From: a virus
Taxonomy: Duplodnaviria > Caudoviricetes
DNA length: 46,311 bases
Direction: 5' to 3' (one strand)
Virus record (IMG/VR): IMGVR_UViG_3300028145_000044
Coordinates: 1-46,311 of that record
In this document: piece by piece, positions 16,191 through 25,422 of the stretch
How positions within the stretch are numbered: the stretch's first letter is position 1
Layout of the letters: every line of letters starts with the position of its first letter
Program-made: the position numbers and the translations under genes
Notes under the pieces: generated by a model
Told to the model about the DNA's origin: nothing
Seen by the model: the letters and a program-made list of their open reading frames with translations, nothing else
The model's database searches: none

Positions 16191-16768
16191 TGGATTTTTC
16201 AGAGATAGAGCTTGGACCGCGGATGCAGGCTTGCAGCGAGCGCGAGCGGAAATTCGTGTGGTTTTACATCACGAACGAGGGAAAGCCGAACGCGACGCAA
16301 GCGGCTCGGGATGCGGGGTATGTGGATATTGGGAAGGAGAGCGCGTCAATTCGGGTGACGGCGCATGGCTTGCTGCACCGCGAGCGGGTGATCCTGGCGC
16401 TGGAGGAGGTCGGGCGGAAGGCGTTCCGCGGGCTGCTGGGGCCGGCGGTGAAGGCGGCGGCGTCGCTGATTGAGGACCCAAAGCATTTCAACCACAGCCA
16501 GGCGGTGTTCACGACGCTGGCGCGGCTGGGGCTGGGGGAGAAGTCGACGGTTGAGGTGAACGTGTCGGGGGATGTGACGGTCAACCACACAGATCAGGCA
16601 CTGAACGACCTGCGGACCTTGCTGGGGCTGGGGGTGGCGCGGGAGAAGCTGGTCGAGATTTTCGGGTTTTCGGGGCTGAGCCGCTACGAGAAGATGCTGG
16701 CCGAGCAGGACGCGCGGGCGCCGAAGGTGATCGAGCACCGGGCGGATGAGGCGCGCGATGGCCAGTAA
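16190..16768 (+). CDS. terS: Terminase small subunit
   Basis: ERKFV..Y.....NATQAARDAGY HTH; upstream of terL. Confidence 0.85.
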   Translation: MDFSEIELGPRMQACSERERKFVWFYITNEGKPNATQAARDAGYVDIGKESASIRVTAHGLLHRERVILALEEVGRKAFRGLLGPAVKAAASLIEDPKHFNHSQAVFTTLARLGLGEKSTVEVNVSGDVTVNHTDQALNDLRTLLGLGVAREKLVEIFGFSGLSRYEKMLAEQDARAPKVIEHRADEARDGQ

Positions 16769-16925
16769 GCGACAGCGACGCTGGAAGTCGTGCACGCGCA
16801 AAATCCGCTATCAGCATGTGCGGACGGCAAAAAGGGTCGCCAGAATTTTGCGGGACCGTCATGGAGATATGCAGCCGTATCGCTGCGATTCATGCGGCGG
16901 CTGGCATATCGGGCACCATGGCTGA
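16758..16925 (+). CDS. 55-aa basic Zn-binding protein (not in ORF track)
   Basis: MASKRQRRWKSCTRKIRY...PYRCDSCGGWHIGHHG*; overlaps the terS stop and the terL start. Confidence 0.7.
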   Translation: MASKRQRRWKSCTRKIRYQHVRTAKRVARILRDRHGDMQPYRCDSCGGWHIGHHG

Positions 16926-18444
16926 CGACATCGAGGAAGGCCCGGACCCGAACGACGTCCGGCGGCACGCCAAAAAGCTCTACACCGAGATGCAGTACCG
17001 GCAGAAGTACCGGCGCATCGATTTCTACCGGCCGAATCCGAAGCAGATGGAGTGGCACAACCTGCGGCGGAACGAGAAGATGCTGCGGGCCGGCAACCAG
17101 CAGGGCAAGACGCAGGCGGCTGCGGCGCAGATGACGATGGATGCCTTGCGGCTCTATCCGGACTGGTACACGGGGCGGCGGTTCATGGTGCCGCCGAAGA
17201 TCGAGCGGCCCTATGATTTCATCGGCTGGTACGGCTGCACGACCTCGGACAAGACCCGTGACGGCGCGCAGGTCAAGCTTCTGGGCGACATCCGGCAGCA
17301 GGGCGGGATGGGGACCGGGCTGCTGCCGCTCGACAATATCGTGGGGCGTCCGACCATGGCGCGTGGCATCTCGGACTTTGTTGACACGATTTCGCTGACC
17401 AGGGACGGCGGTGGCGCGGCGATCCTGCGCGGCAAGACCTATGCGATGGGGCGAGAGGCGTGGCAGGGCGAGCCGGTCGACGTGGTCTGGGGCGACGAGG
17501 ACCCCGGCGACATGGAGATTTACGAGGAGTGCCAGGCGCGTCTGACCACGACCGACGGGATCATCATCTGGTCGATGTCGCCGATGCTGGGGCAGTCGCC
17601 GGTGCGCAAGCACTTCAAGGGCGGCAGTGCCGAGAAGGGCATCGGCGAGGTGCTGATGACGATCTATGACGCCGCGGTGTCGAACGGTGGCCACATCCCG
17701 GACGAGCGGATCCCCGGCATCATCGCGCGCTACGGCAAGAAGGCGGCGACACGGGCGTTCGGCGGCGACGCGCAGGGGCAGGGCGCGGTGTTCGAGACCG
17801 ATCCGGCGCGGATCAGGCACGACCTCGATCCGGCGAACGTGCCGGCCTACTGGCCATGGCTGTGGGCGCTGGACCTGCGCCATTCGGGGCAGGAGGGTTC
17901 GGGCCATCCGTTCGCGGCGGTGCTGGGCTGCTGGGACCGCGACAACGACGTGGTCTATATCATGGACGGATTCCGGATGTTCGGGATGGCGGCAAACCAT
18001 GTGGCGCGGATCAAGGAATCGCCGCTGCGCGACGCGCCGGTGGCGTGGCCGCACGACGGCGGCACCGGCGGCGGAGTGCAGACCAACGAGACCATCGCGC
18101 AGATTTACAAGAAGCTCGGACTCGCCATGCTTCCGATGCACGCGACCTTCCCCGACGGCGGCTACAATTTCGAGGCCGGGGTGACGGTGATGGAGGAGCG
18201 GCTGGAGGGCAAGAAGCTGCTGGTTGCCAAGTACCTGTTCGAATGGTTCGACGAATATGGCGGCTATCACCGCGAGAACGGCAAGGTGGTCAAGGTCGAT
18301 GACGACCTGATGTCGGCGACGCGGGTGCTGTGCATGGACCTGCGCAAGGCGAAGACCGCGGAGCATTTCCCGGCGCGGCTGCGCGCGGTGGCTGCGGCCC
18401 CGATCGCAGACGGCACCGACTTCGACCTGTTCACCGGCACCTGA
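16918..18444 (+). CDS. terL: Terminase large subunit
   Basis: Walker A AGNQQGKT, Walker B VVWGDE, nuclease ALD and DDLMSATR. Confidence 0.93.
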   Translation: MADDIEEGPDPNDVRRHAKKLYTEMQYRQKYRRIDFYRPNPKQMEWHNLRRNEKMLRAGNQQGKTQAAAAQMTMDALRLYPDWYTGRRFMVPPKIERPYDFIGWYGCTTSDKTRDGAQVKLLGDIRQQGGMGTGLLPLDNIVGRPTMARGISDFVDTISLTRDGGGAAILRGKTYAMGREAWQGEPVDVVWGDEDPGDMEIYEECQARLTTTDGIIIWSMSPMLGQSPVRKHFKGGSAEKGIGEVLMTIYDAAVSNGGHIPDERIPGIIARYGKKAATRAFGGDAQGQGAVFETDPARIRHDLDPANVPAYWPWLWALDLRHSGQEGSGHPFAAVLGCWDRDNDVVYIMDGFRMFGMAANHVARIKESPLRDAPVAWPHDGGTGGGVQTNETIAQIYKKLGLAMLPMHATFPDGGYNFEAGVTVMEERLEGKKLLVAKYLFEWFDEYGGYHRENGKVVKVDDDLMSATRVLCMDLRKAKTAEHFPARLRAVAAAPIADGTDFDLFTGT

Positions 18445-18455
18445 AGGATGCGGAG

Positions 18456-18674
18456 ATGGATATCTGCACGCTGATCATCGTGACCACGCTCAACGCGGTG
18501 CCGTGCCTGACGGTAAGGCAGTGCGACGCTACGATGGATGGTCGACGGCAAATCTGCACCAATTTCTGTAGGCCATTGCCAAACACATACGACTGCGAGC
18601 GCCCGGACGGGTCGAAATATATCTGGACCCCGGAACTGGGCGAAGAAACGGTCGTGAGAAACACCGCACGATAG
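18456..18674 (+). CDS. Small six-Cys hypothetical protein
   Basis: GGAG RBS; MDICTLIIVTTLNAVPC... Confidence 0.6.
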   Translation: MDICTLIIVTTLNAVPCLTVRQCDATMDGRRQICTNFCRPLPNTYDCERPDGSKYIWTPELGEETVVRNTAR

Positions 18675-18689
18675 GCAGTCACCGGCATA

Positions 18690-18731
18690 GTGCGTTGCTG
18701 CGGCGGCGATGGCGGCGCGAGGTTCCCCGCG
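18690..18731 (+). promoter_or_regulatory. Late-type promoter 3
   Basis: GTGCGTTG at 18690 in an intergenic gap; GAGGTT as -10 with an 18-bp spacer. Confidence 0.6.
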
Positions 18732-18791
18732 ACGCCTCCCTGTGTGACTGGCGCGCGGTGAGACCCGCCGCCCCTTTTCCGGAGCCACCCC

Positions 18792-19328
18792 ATGCCCGAC
18801 CAGACCAGCGACAGCATCAACGCATCCAATGCCGCCGCAGAGCGGGCGAAGGCGGCCCAGTACGAGGCCGAGCGCCAGCGCCTTCTTGCCGAGCAGGCGG
18901 CGATTTCCACGGACCCATATCCCAGCGCGTCCAAAGACCACGTCTTCGGATCCAGCGCAGCCGAACCAGTGACCGCAGCGACCAAGTTGCGTGATTTCGA
19001 GCACGAGGTCTTCGGTCGCGACGCGCCGCGGATCAACGGCGACCTGGAGCGCGGCGTGGGCTCGCCCTGGGCCAACATGACGCCGACGCAGAAGGCGCAT
19101 CACGCCTCGCTCGAGGCCTTGGTGAAGGCCGAGAAGGCGGTCGCCGACGCCTCGGCCGGTCTGGAGACGGCCAAGCTCAAGCACGACGCGGCGGCGAAGC
19201 TATCCGAGGCTGCCGAGAAGGCGATCGCGGATGCGGATGCGGACGCCGCGGCTGCGGAACAGGCTGACAAGGACCGGATCGAGGCCGAGCGCGTCGCCGC
19301 GCAGAACCCGCCGCCCAAGGCGGCCTGA
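18792..19328 (+). CDS. Ala-rich coiled-coil hypothetical protein
   Basis: GGAG RBS; codon usage like the structural genes. Confidence 0.8.
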   Translation: MPDQTSDSINASNAAAERAKAAQYEAERQRLLAEQAAISTDPYPSASKDHVFGSSAAEPVTAATKLRDFEHEVFGRDAPRINGDLERGVGSPWANMTPTQKAHHASLEALVKAEKAVADASAGLETAKLKHDAAAKLSEAAEKAIADADADAAAAEQADKDRIEAERVAAQNPPPKAA

Positions 19329-19331
19329 GCC

Positions 19332-19535
19332 ATGGCGGCACCGCGGCCGATCCCGGGCGCCTCCGCAGCGGCCGACCTTGGGCTTGGCGGGCAGCTCAGC
19401 GAGCAGGTCGCCGGCGAGACCGAGGAGGAGCGCAAGAAGCGGATGGCCCAGATGTCGCAGATGCAGAAGCTCGGACCGGGCGGTTCGCTCGCGGCCGGCG
19501 CGCTGTTTGGAGGCATGGGTGGTCAGGGTTATTGA
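19332..19535 (+). CDS. Small pre-portal protein (probably virion-associated)
   Basis: ETEEERKKR followed by a Gly-rich tail; position before the portal. Confidence 0.7.
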   Translation: MAAPRPIPGASAAADLGLGGQLSEQVAGETEEERKKRMAQMSQMQKLGPGGSLAAGALFGGMGGQGY

Positions 19536-19980
19536 TCCGCAGTTGTTGACCTTCGACATTGCCGATACCTGGCAGGCCCGCGGCCTCGTCGCGGCGCAGG
19601 GCAAGACCTATGAGGTGCTGCTCTCGGTGCTGGCGCACAATTACGACGACGCCATGCCGGTGCTGCTCGAGGTCGTCTATCCCGGCTTCCGCTCGATCAC
19701 CGCGCCGTTCCTCTGCACCGCGGGCCGGGTCGACAAGATCGGCGCCGTGGTCGCGAACCGGATCGGCAAGAGTGGCCAGATCCAGAAGGATTTTGTGCTG
19801 TACCGCAACGAGGTGGCGCTGCGCGACGACTTCCGGCGCCTCGCCGATCGGCTCAAGCTCGCCGACCACGAGCGCCGCGAACTGTTCGTCTGCGTGCAGC
19901 GCTGGGTCGTCGCCGACCGCCGCCTCGATCCGCTGATGGACCCGAAGGACCCGGACGCCAAACGCCTGACGGTGCATTGA
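19519..19980 (+). CDS. Hypothetical protein
   Basis: GGAGG then GTG at 19519; strong third-position GC bias. Confidence 0.75.
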   Translation: MVRVIDPQLLTFDIADTWQARGLVAAQGKTYEVLLSVLAHNYDDAMPVLLEVVYPGFRSITAPFLCTAGRVDKIGAVVANRIGKSGQIQKDFVLYRNEVALRDDFRRLADRLKLADHERRELFVCVQRWVVADRRLDPLMDPKDPDAKRLTVH

Positions 19981-20171
19981 TGGCGGCCGTCACGCTCGAA
20001 CAAGCCAATGAAGAAAACAGGCGGCTACGCGCCGCCATCGCCGCATGGGCCGCCGCCACCTATCCGCCGACGCGCCCAGATCCGCGCGACATCGAGGGAC
20101 GCTGCAAGGCCCAGGCCGCGCTAGAAGCTGCAGAATCGGCGCTTTACGACATCCTCAGAGAGGAACGCTGA
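19980..20171 (+). CDS. Hypothetical protein
   Basis: TGATG overlaps at both ends. Confidence 0.6.
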   Translation: MAAVTLEQANEENRRLRAAIAAWAAATYPPTRPDPRDIEGRCKAQAALEAAESALYDILREER

Positions 20172-21940
20172 TGGCCGCGACCAGCGTTGTCCCCTACACC
20201 GACACCGCCGAGATCCGGCCCCGGGTCATCACCGATCGCGAGACCGAGATCGTCAAGGGCATCCAGCGCGAGTTCGCGCAATACCAGTTGCGCCGCAACA
20301 CCTTCGCCGGACAGTGGGAGGAAGTTTCAGAACTGCTGCTGCCGACCTCGCGCAACACGTTCTTCTACACGAACTACAACTACCCGGGCCAGAAGAAGAC
20401 GCAGCAGCAGGTCGACTCCACCGGCTCGCTGGCGCTGCACCGGTTCTGCGCGATCGCCGATTCTCTGGTGACGCCGCGCAACCAGCAATGGCACGGGCTG
20501 TCCTGCGACGAAGCGCTGATGAAAGACCGCGCTGTGCGGCTGTGGCTGGAGACCACGACGCGGCGGATGTTCAAGCTGCGCTATGCGGCGAACGGCAATT
20601 TCGCGGCGCAGAATTACAACAACTACCAGTCGCTCGGCGCGTTCGGCAACGCCACCATGTTCGTCGACCGCTACGACGGGCGCTGGGACCGCGGCATCCG
20701 CGGCCTGCGCTACAAGGCGGTGCCGCTGGGAGAGACCTATTTCGGCGAGAACCATCAGGGCAAGGTCGACCGCATGATCCGCTGGTTCCGGCTCACGCCG
20801 TACCAGGCCGTGCAGAAATGGGGCATCGAGAACCTGCCAGCCGCGCTTCACGCCCCGCTGAAGCAGGACAGCCAGTGGACCTACAATTTCCTGCATTGCG
20901 TGCGGCCGCGCGCCGAGGACTACGACCCGGAGGCGCTGGACCAGCGCGCGCTGGCGTTCTCGTCCTATTACGTCTCGGTCGAGGGCAACTGCCTGATGGC
21001 GCCGGAGGGCGGCTATCGCACCTTCCCCTATGCGGTCAGCCGCTACGACCAGACCCCGGGCGAGGTCGAGGGCCGCGGCCCTGGCCAGATCCTGCTCGCG
21101 GCGCTGAAGACGCTGAACATGCAGAAGGCGATCTTCCTCAAGTCCGGGCACCGCGGCGCCGATCCGGTGCTGCTGACATCCGATGACGGCGTGGTCGGCA
21201 TGAGCATGCGGCCGGGCGCGGTCAACCGCGGCGGCGTCACCGCCGATGGCAAGCTGCTGGTGCACACCCTGCCCACCGGCGACATCAAGATCACGCTGGA
21301 GATGATGCAGGAGGAGCGCGGCCTGATCGACGACGTGTTCCTGGTCAGCCTGTTCAAGGTGCTATCCGACCATCCGAACATGACGGCGACGCAGGTCATC
21401 GAGCTGGTCAACGAAAAGGGCATGCTGGTCGCGCCGACGCTCGGCCGGCAGCACACCGAATATGTCGGCGGGATCGTGCCGCGCGAACTCGACCTGATGT
21501 TCGATATGGGCATGGTCGATCCCGTCCCGCCCGCGCTGGTCGACGCCGCGCAGGGCCAGCGCCGCAACCTGCTGGCGCTGCTGGAGGTCACCGACACCTC
21601 GCCGCTGTCGCTCGCCGCCGCGGCGGGCCGGGCCGCCGGCTTCCTGCGCACCGTCGAGCAGGTCCGCGAGCTGGTCAACGTCACGCAGGATCAGAGCCTG
21701 CTCGACCCGTTCGACTTCCCGACCGCGATTCCGGAGATCGCCCGCATCAACAACACGCCGGAGGCGTGGATGAGCGACGCCCGCTCGATGCAGGCCAAGG
21801 CGCAGGCGCGCGCCAAGGCGATGCAGCGGCAGGAGCAGATCCAGGCTGCGCCGGCCCAGGCCGCCATCATCAAGGCGCGCGCGGTCGCGGCGAAATCCGG
21901 CGCGCTCGAGCAGCAGCCGGCCGGCATGGGTGGCATGTGA
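20171..21940 (+). CDS. Portal (head-tail connector) protein
   Basis: QWEEV..LLLP, DSTG, LGAFGNA, R....PGEV.GRGP, MTATQV....EK...LGR; T7/BPP-1-type connector. Confidence 0.92.
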   Translation: MAATSVVPYTDTAEIRPRVITDRETEIVKGIQREFAQYQLRRNTFAGQWEEVSELLLPTSRNTFFYTNYNYPGQKKTQQQVDSTGSLALHRFCAIADSLVTPRNQQWHGLSCDEALMKDRAVRLWLETTTRRMFKLRYAANGNFAAQNYNNYQSLGAFGNATMFVDRYDGRWDRGIRGLRYKAVPLGETYFGENHQGKVDRMIRWFRLTPYQAVQKWGIENLPAALHAPLKQDSQWTYNFLHCVRPRAEDYDPEALDQRALAFSSYYVSVEGNCLMAPEGGYRTFPYAVSRYDQTPGEVEGRGPGQILLAALKTLNMQKAIFLKSGHRGADPVLLTSDDGVVGMSMRPGAVNRGGVTADGKLLVHTLPTGDIKITLEMMQEERGLIDDVFLVSLFKVLSDHPNMTATQVIELVNEKGMLVAPTLGRQHTEYVGGIVPRELDLMFDMGMVDPVPPALVDAAQGQRRNLLALLEVTDTSPLSLAAAAGRAAGFLRTVEQVRELVNVTQDQSLLDPFDFPTAIPEIARINNTPEAWMSDARSMQAKAQARAKAMQRQEQIQAAPAQAAIIKARAVAAKSGALEQQPAGMGGM

Positions 21941-22221
21941 CCCAAGCCGAAGGACTGACGCGAACCGAGGCGATTGAACTGCAGACCTCGATCAAGCGCG
22001 CCTACCAACTGGCCTTCAACAATCCCGGCGCCGGCGCGGCCGTGATGTTCGATCTCGGCATTTTCTGCCGCGCGAACGAGACCTGCATGGTGCGCGGCGA
22101 GCCCGACATGACCAACGTGCTGGAGGGCCGCCGCGAAGTTTACCTGCGTATTCGTGATTATCTTGATCTGACCCCGGAGCAACTGGTCGAGAAATACAAT
22201 CCGCCCGCTTCGCCCGCTTAG
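21937..22221 (+). CDS. Bbp19-like small protein
   Basis: AY..AF....G.AV..DL..FC.......EGRREVYLRI; between portal and scaffold. Confidence 0.75.
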   Translation: MTQAEGLTRTEAIELQTSIKRAYQLAFNNPGAGAAVMFDLGIFCRANETCMVRGEPDMTNVLEGRREVYLRIRDYLDLTPEQLVEKYNPPASPA

Positions 22222-22233
22222 GAGCACAAGGCC

Positions 22234-23160
22234 ATGAACTACCTGAACTATCACACCGGTCGACCGCGGTTTCATTTCGAGGAATCCGGCGCCGGCTCTG
22301 CCGCTGGAAACAGCGGAGCTGCTGCTGGATCTGCCGGCGCGGCTGCCGGGGCCGGTGCAAATGCGCCAGTTTGGCACGAAGGCATTGAGCCGGAAACGCT
22401 GGGTTTCTGGCAGAACAAGGGCTACGACGTCACCTCGCCGAAGGCACTGGCCGCGAAGCTGACCGAGCAGTACCGCAACCTCGAAAAGCATATCGGCGCG
22501 CCGCCGGATCAGATCCTGCGGCTACCGAAGGCCGATGCCACACCGGCCGAGAAAGCCGCATTCCGCCAGCGGCTGGGCTGGCCCGCTGAGGCCAAGGATT
22601 ACGACTTCTCCACGGTCAAGGACGCCGCGGGCCAGCCGATCGCGGCACCGCTCGCCGATGCGCTGCGCGCCAGCTTCCATGCCAACGGAATCGCCAAGGA
22701 TGCCGCGCCCGCGGTCGCGCTCGACGTCATCAAGGCGCTCGACAGCGTCAAGACTACGGAGACGACCATCGCCTCCGCCGCGCGCGGGGAGGCCAGGGTC
22801 GAACTGGAAAAGGACTGGGGCGGCAAGGATTCCGCCACCTATCGGTTCAACCTGCTACAGGCCAAGGAAGGCGCCGCGCGGCTCGGTCTCGATCCAGCAG
22901 CGGTCGATACGCTGGAAAACCTGATGGGTTATCCCAAGGTCATGAACGCGCTGCGCAAGATCGGCAACGCGCGGCGCGAGGACGTCTTTGTCGAGAACGA
23001 CGTTCCGGGTTCCGGCCGCGTCACCACCCGCGAGGGTGCGCTGTCGCGCAAGCAGGAGCTGTTCGCCGATGCGGCCTGGGTGAAGCGGTTCAATGCCGGC
23101 GACGTCGAAGCCAAGACCGAGTGGAAAAAACTGAACATGATGATCGAAGGTGACGCATGA
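22234..23160 (+). CDS. Capsid assembly / scaffold protein
   Basis: Gly/Ala N-terminus, Y.NLEK.IG, LGWP...DY, LEKDWG; position before the capsid gene. Confidence 0.8.
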   Translation: MNYLNYHTGRPRFHFEESGAGSAAGNSGAAAGSAGAAAGAGANAPVWHEGIEPETLGFWQNKGYDVTSPKALAAKLTEQYRNLEKHIGAPPDQILRLPKADATPAEKAAFRQRLGWPAEAKDYDFSTVKDAAGQPIAAPLADALRASFHANGIAKDAAPAVALDVIKALDSVKTTETTIASAARGEARVELEKDWGGKDSATYRFNLLQAKEGAARLGLDPAAVDTLENLMGYPKVMNALRKIGNARREDVFVENDVPGSGRVTTREGALSRKQELFADAAWVKRFNAGDVEAKTEWKKLNMMIEGDA

Positions 23161-23480
23161 CCATGACCGATGAAACCCACGAAACCGAGATCACCACGAA
23201 GAAAAAACCGGCGAAGAAGCCCCGGAAGAAGCAGGCCGCGCGCCGCGCCGCGCCACCTCCGGCCGCGAAGGCCGATTCGCCGTTCTCCGGCATCAGCCCG
23301 AGCGAGTGCTGCGATGCCTGCAACGAGAGCAAGTGCGCGATCTCCGGAATCAATGTTTGCGCGCACCCGATGAAGGGCGGCCTTCAGTCGGCGCAGATGC
23401 GCGACCCGGAGGCGCTGAAGCGCTTCAATCGCGCCAAGGCTGCGCTGAAGGACCAGATGATCGACCTGCGCGGCCGCTAG
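23157..23480 (+). CDS. Basic protein with a Cys cluster
   Basis: KKKPAKKPRKK, then CCDAC....C......CAHP. Confidence 0.75.
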   Translation: MTMTDETHETEITTKKKPAKKPRKKQAARRAAPPPAAKADSPFSGISPSECCDACNESKCAISGINVCAHPMKGGLQSAQMRDPEALKRFNRAKAALKDQMIDLRGR

Positions 23481-23481
23481 A

Positions 23482-23524
23482 GTGCGTTGTTCGCGAGAAA
23501 CGAGCGGGCCACGTTCCCGCTCGT
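23482..23524 (+). promoter_or_regulatory. Late-type promoter 4 (capsid)
   Basis: GTGCGTTG at 23482 and CACGTT at 23510. Confidence 0.75.
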
Positions 23525-23527
23525 AAA

Positions 23528-23642
23528 GACCTGACCCCGCTCCTCGCGGACAAGCCAGGTCCGACTAAAAGTTACGGCTCCCTGCAAAGGACAAGGCCTG
23601 AAGTTTGATGGTCCCCAGCGATCTCATCGCATGGGCAAGGCC
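23528..23642 (+). ncRNA. Structured capsid leader: three hairpins with a shared internal loop
   Basis: Each hairpin has C opposite (A/G)CAA between two stems whose sequences differ but still pair. Confidence 0.7.
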
Positions 23643-23679
23643 GCTGACGTTCAACCTTTTCCTCGAAAGCGGGATAGCC

Positions 23680-24600
23680 ATGTCCGAGAACCTTCCGAAA
23701 CTCTTTACGACCGAATTTTCCGACCTGCTCGTGCTCAAGCTGCAGCAGACGCAATCGATGCTGCGCGGCACCGTCATGGAAGGCTATCACGTCGGCAAGC
23801 AGGCCTCGCCGATCCAGTACACCGGCGCGGTGCAGATGAAGACGCCTGCGGGCCGCTTCTCGCCGATCGCGCGCCAGGATGTCGACTTCACCCGGCGCTG
23901 GGTGCTGCCGGTCGACAAAGACGCCCAGCAGATGGTCGACACCTTCGACAAGCTGAAGACCGCCATCGATCCGACCTCTCAGGAAGTTGCCGCCGCCGCC
24001 GCCGCTGTCGCCCGCGAATGGGACGACCGCATCATTGGTGCCGCGTTTGCAACCGCGCTGCTCGGCGACGGCAACACCCCGAACGCGTTCACCAACGAGA
24101 CCTTCGTCACCGCAAGCTGGCAGATCGCCTCGACCTTCGGATCGAGCGCGGCATCCGGCCTGACGGTCGCGAAGATGATCGAGGCCAAGCGCATCCTGCG
24201 CAAGGCCCAGGTGCCGCAGGACGAGGCCAAGACCTGGATCACCAACAGCCAGGGCGAATCCGATCTGCTCAATCAGGTGCAGGTGGTCTCGACCGAGTTC
24301 AACGATCGCCCGGTGCTGACCGACGGCGTGGTGTCGCGCTTCCTCGGCTTCGACATCAAGTATTCGGAGCGCCTGACCTCGACCTCGAACGTGCGCCAGA
24401 ACATGGCCTATGTGAAGTCGGGCCTCTATCTCGGCATCTGGAAGGACACCCAGAACGACGTCAGCCAGCGCAAGGACCTGACCGGCCTGCCCTACCAGAT
24501 CTACACCATGATGTCGTCGGGCGCGACGCGGCTGGAGCCGGGTCGGTTGCTGCAGGTGTTGTGCGCCGACACCTCCGCCGCCGCCGACGTGACGCCGTAG
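23680..24600 (+). CDS. Major capsid protein
   Basis: F...L.LKLQQTQSMLR.TV, RRWV, D.FDKLK..IDP, GLTVAK..AK, FLGF, GATRLE; position. Confidence 0.88.
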   Translation: MSENLPKLFTTEFSDLLVLKLQQTQSMLRGTVMEGYHVGKQASPIQYTGAVQMKTPAGRFSPIARQDVDFTRRWVLPVDKDAQQMVDTFDKLKTAIDPTSQEVAAAAAAVAREWDDRIIGAAFATALLGDGNTPNAFTNETFVTASWQIASTFGSSAASGLTVAKMIEAKRILRKAQVPQDEAKTWITNSQGESDLLNQVQVVSTEFNDRPVLTDGVVSRFLGFDIKYSERLTSTSNVRQNMAYVKSGLYLGIWKDTQNDVSQRKDLTGLPYQIYTMMSSGATRLEPGRLLQVLCADTSAAADVTP

Positions 24601-24609
24601 GAGCGCAAC

Positions 24610-24840
24610 ATGGCCGATCATTTCGTCAGCCTGACCCGCGGTCTGGAAGGCACCAAGTATTCCGACTTCACCACGGGCGCCGCGTCGAGCGGCACCACCT
24701 TCGTCGAGCTGCGGGTCGGCGACCAGGCCGGGGCCAACATCCCGAGCAAGCTGGAGATCATGAAAGCGCTGGAGGCATTCGAGCGCTTCTTCGACAACGC
24801 CCAACAGGTCAGCGCGGCTGGCTTCGTCGTCACCGGCTAA
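24610..24840 (+). CDS. Small virion-module protein
   Basis: AGGAG RBS; follows the capsid gene. Confidence 0.75.
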   Translation: MADHFVSLTRGLEGTKYSDFTTGAASSGTTFVELRVGDQAGANIPSKLEIMKALEAFERFFDNAQQVSAAGFVVTG

Positions 24841-24852
24841 GGAGATCAGCAC

Positions 24853-25419
24853 ATGGCTGGCCACAACCTCAAATCGCTTGCGATCACCAACCTCGACGCC
24901 ACCCCCGTCGTCGCCAACACCATCGGCGAGGGCGCGCCCGGCTACGAGAAGGTGCTGACCGACTTCACCACGCCGGTCTCGGCCGACGACACCACCTCGA
25001 CCTACCGGATGTGCCGCTTCCCCAGCAACGCCAAGGTGAAGGACCTCAAAATCTACAGCGCGATCGCGACTGCCGGCTCGGCCGACATCGACGTCGCGTT
25101 CTCGGACTCGACCACGGACGGAACGCAGCAGGCGCTCGCCGGCGGCATCGTGCAGCTGGCGGGCCCGGTCGACAACAAGCTGTTCGGCGCGGCCAAGTCG
25201 CTGGTCGCCACGGTCGCAGCCGGACCGATCATCGCCAACGCATTCCAGGGCACGTTCACGCCCGCGATGCAGAACATCCCGATGTGGCAGAACCTCGTGA
25301 CGCTCGGCGCCACGCAGTTCACGTCGGACCCCGGCGGCTATTTCGACATCCTGGTCAAGATCACCACTGCCGTCACCACCGGTGGGACCCTGTCCTGCGA
25401 ATTGCGCTACGTGGATTGA
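24853..25419 (+). CDS. Putative capsid decoration / cement protein
   Basis: AAGGAG RBS; beta-rich; STYRM.RFPSNAKV. Confidence 0.7.
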   Translation: MAGHNLKSLAITNLDATPVVANTIGEGAPGYEKVLTDFTTPVSADDTTSTYRMCRFPSNAKVKDLKIYSAIATAGSADIDVAFSDSTTDGTQQALAGGIVQLAGPVDNKLFGAAKSLVATVAAGPIIANAFQGTFTPAMQNIPMWQNLVTLGATQFTSDPGGYFDILVKITTAVTTGGTLSCELRYVD

Positions 25420-25422
25420 TGG

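Noticed and set aside
16684-18366. 560-aa antisense ORF over terL (likewise 28966-30636 over the nozzle gene and similar long antisense ORFs)
   Set aside because: Typical stop-poor antisense frames of GC-rich genes
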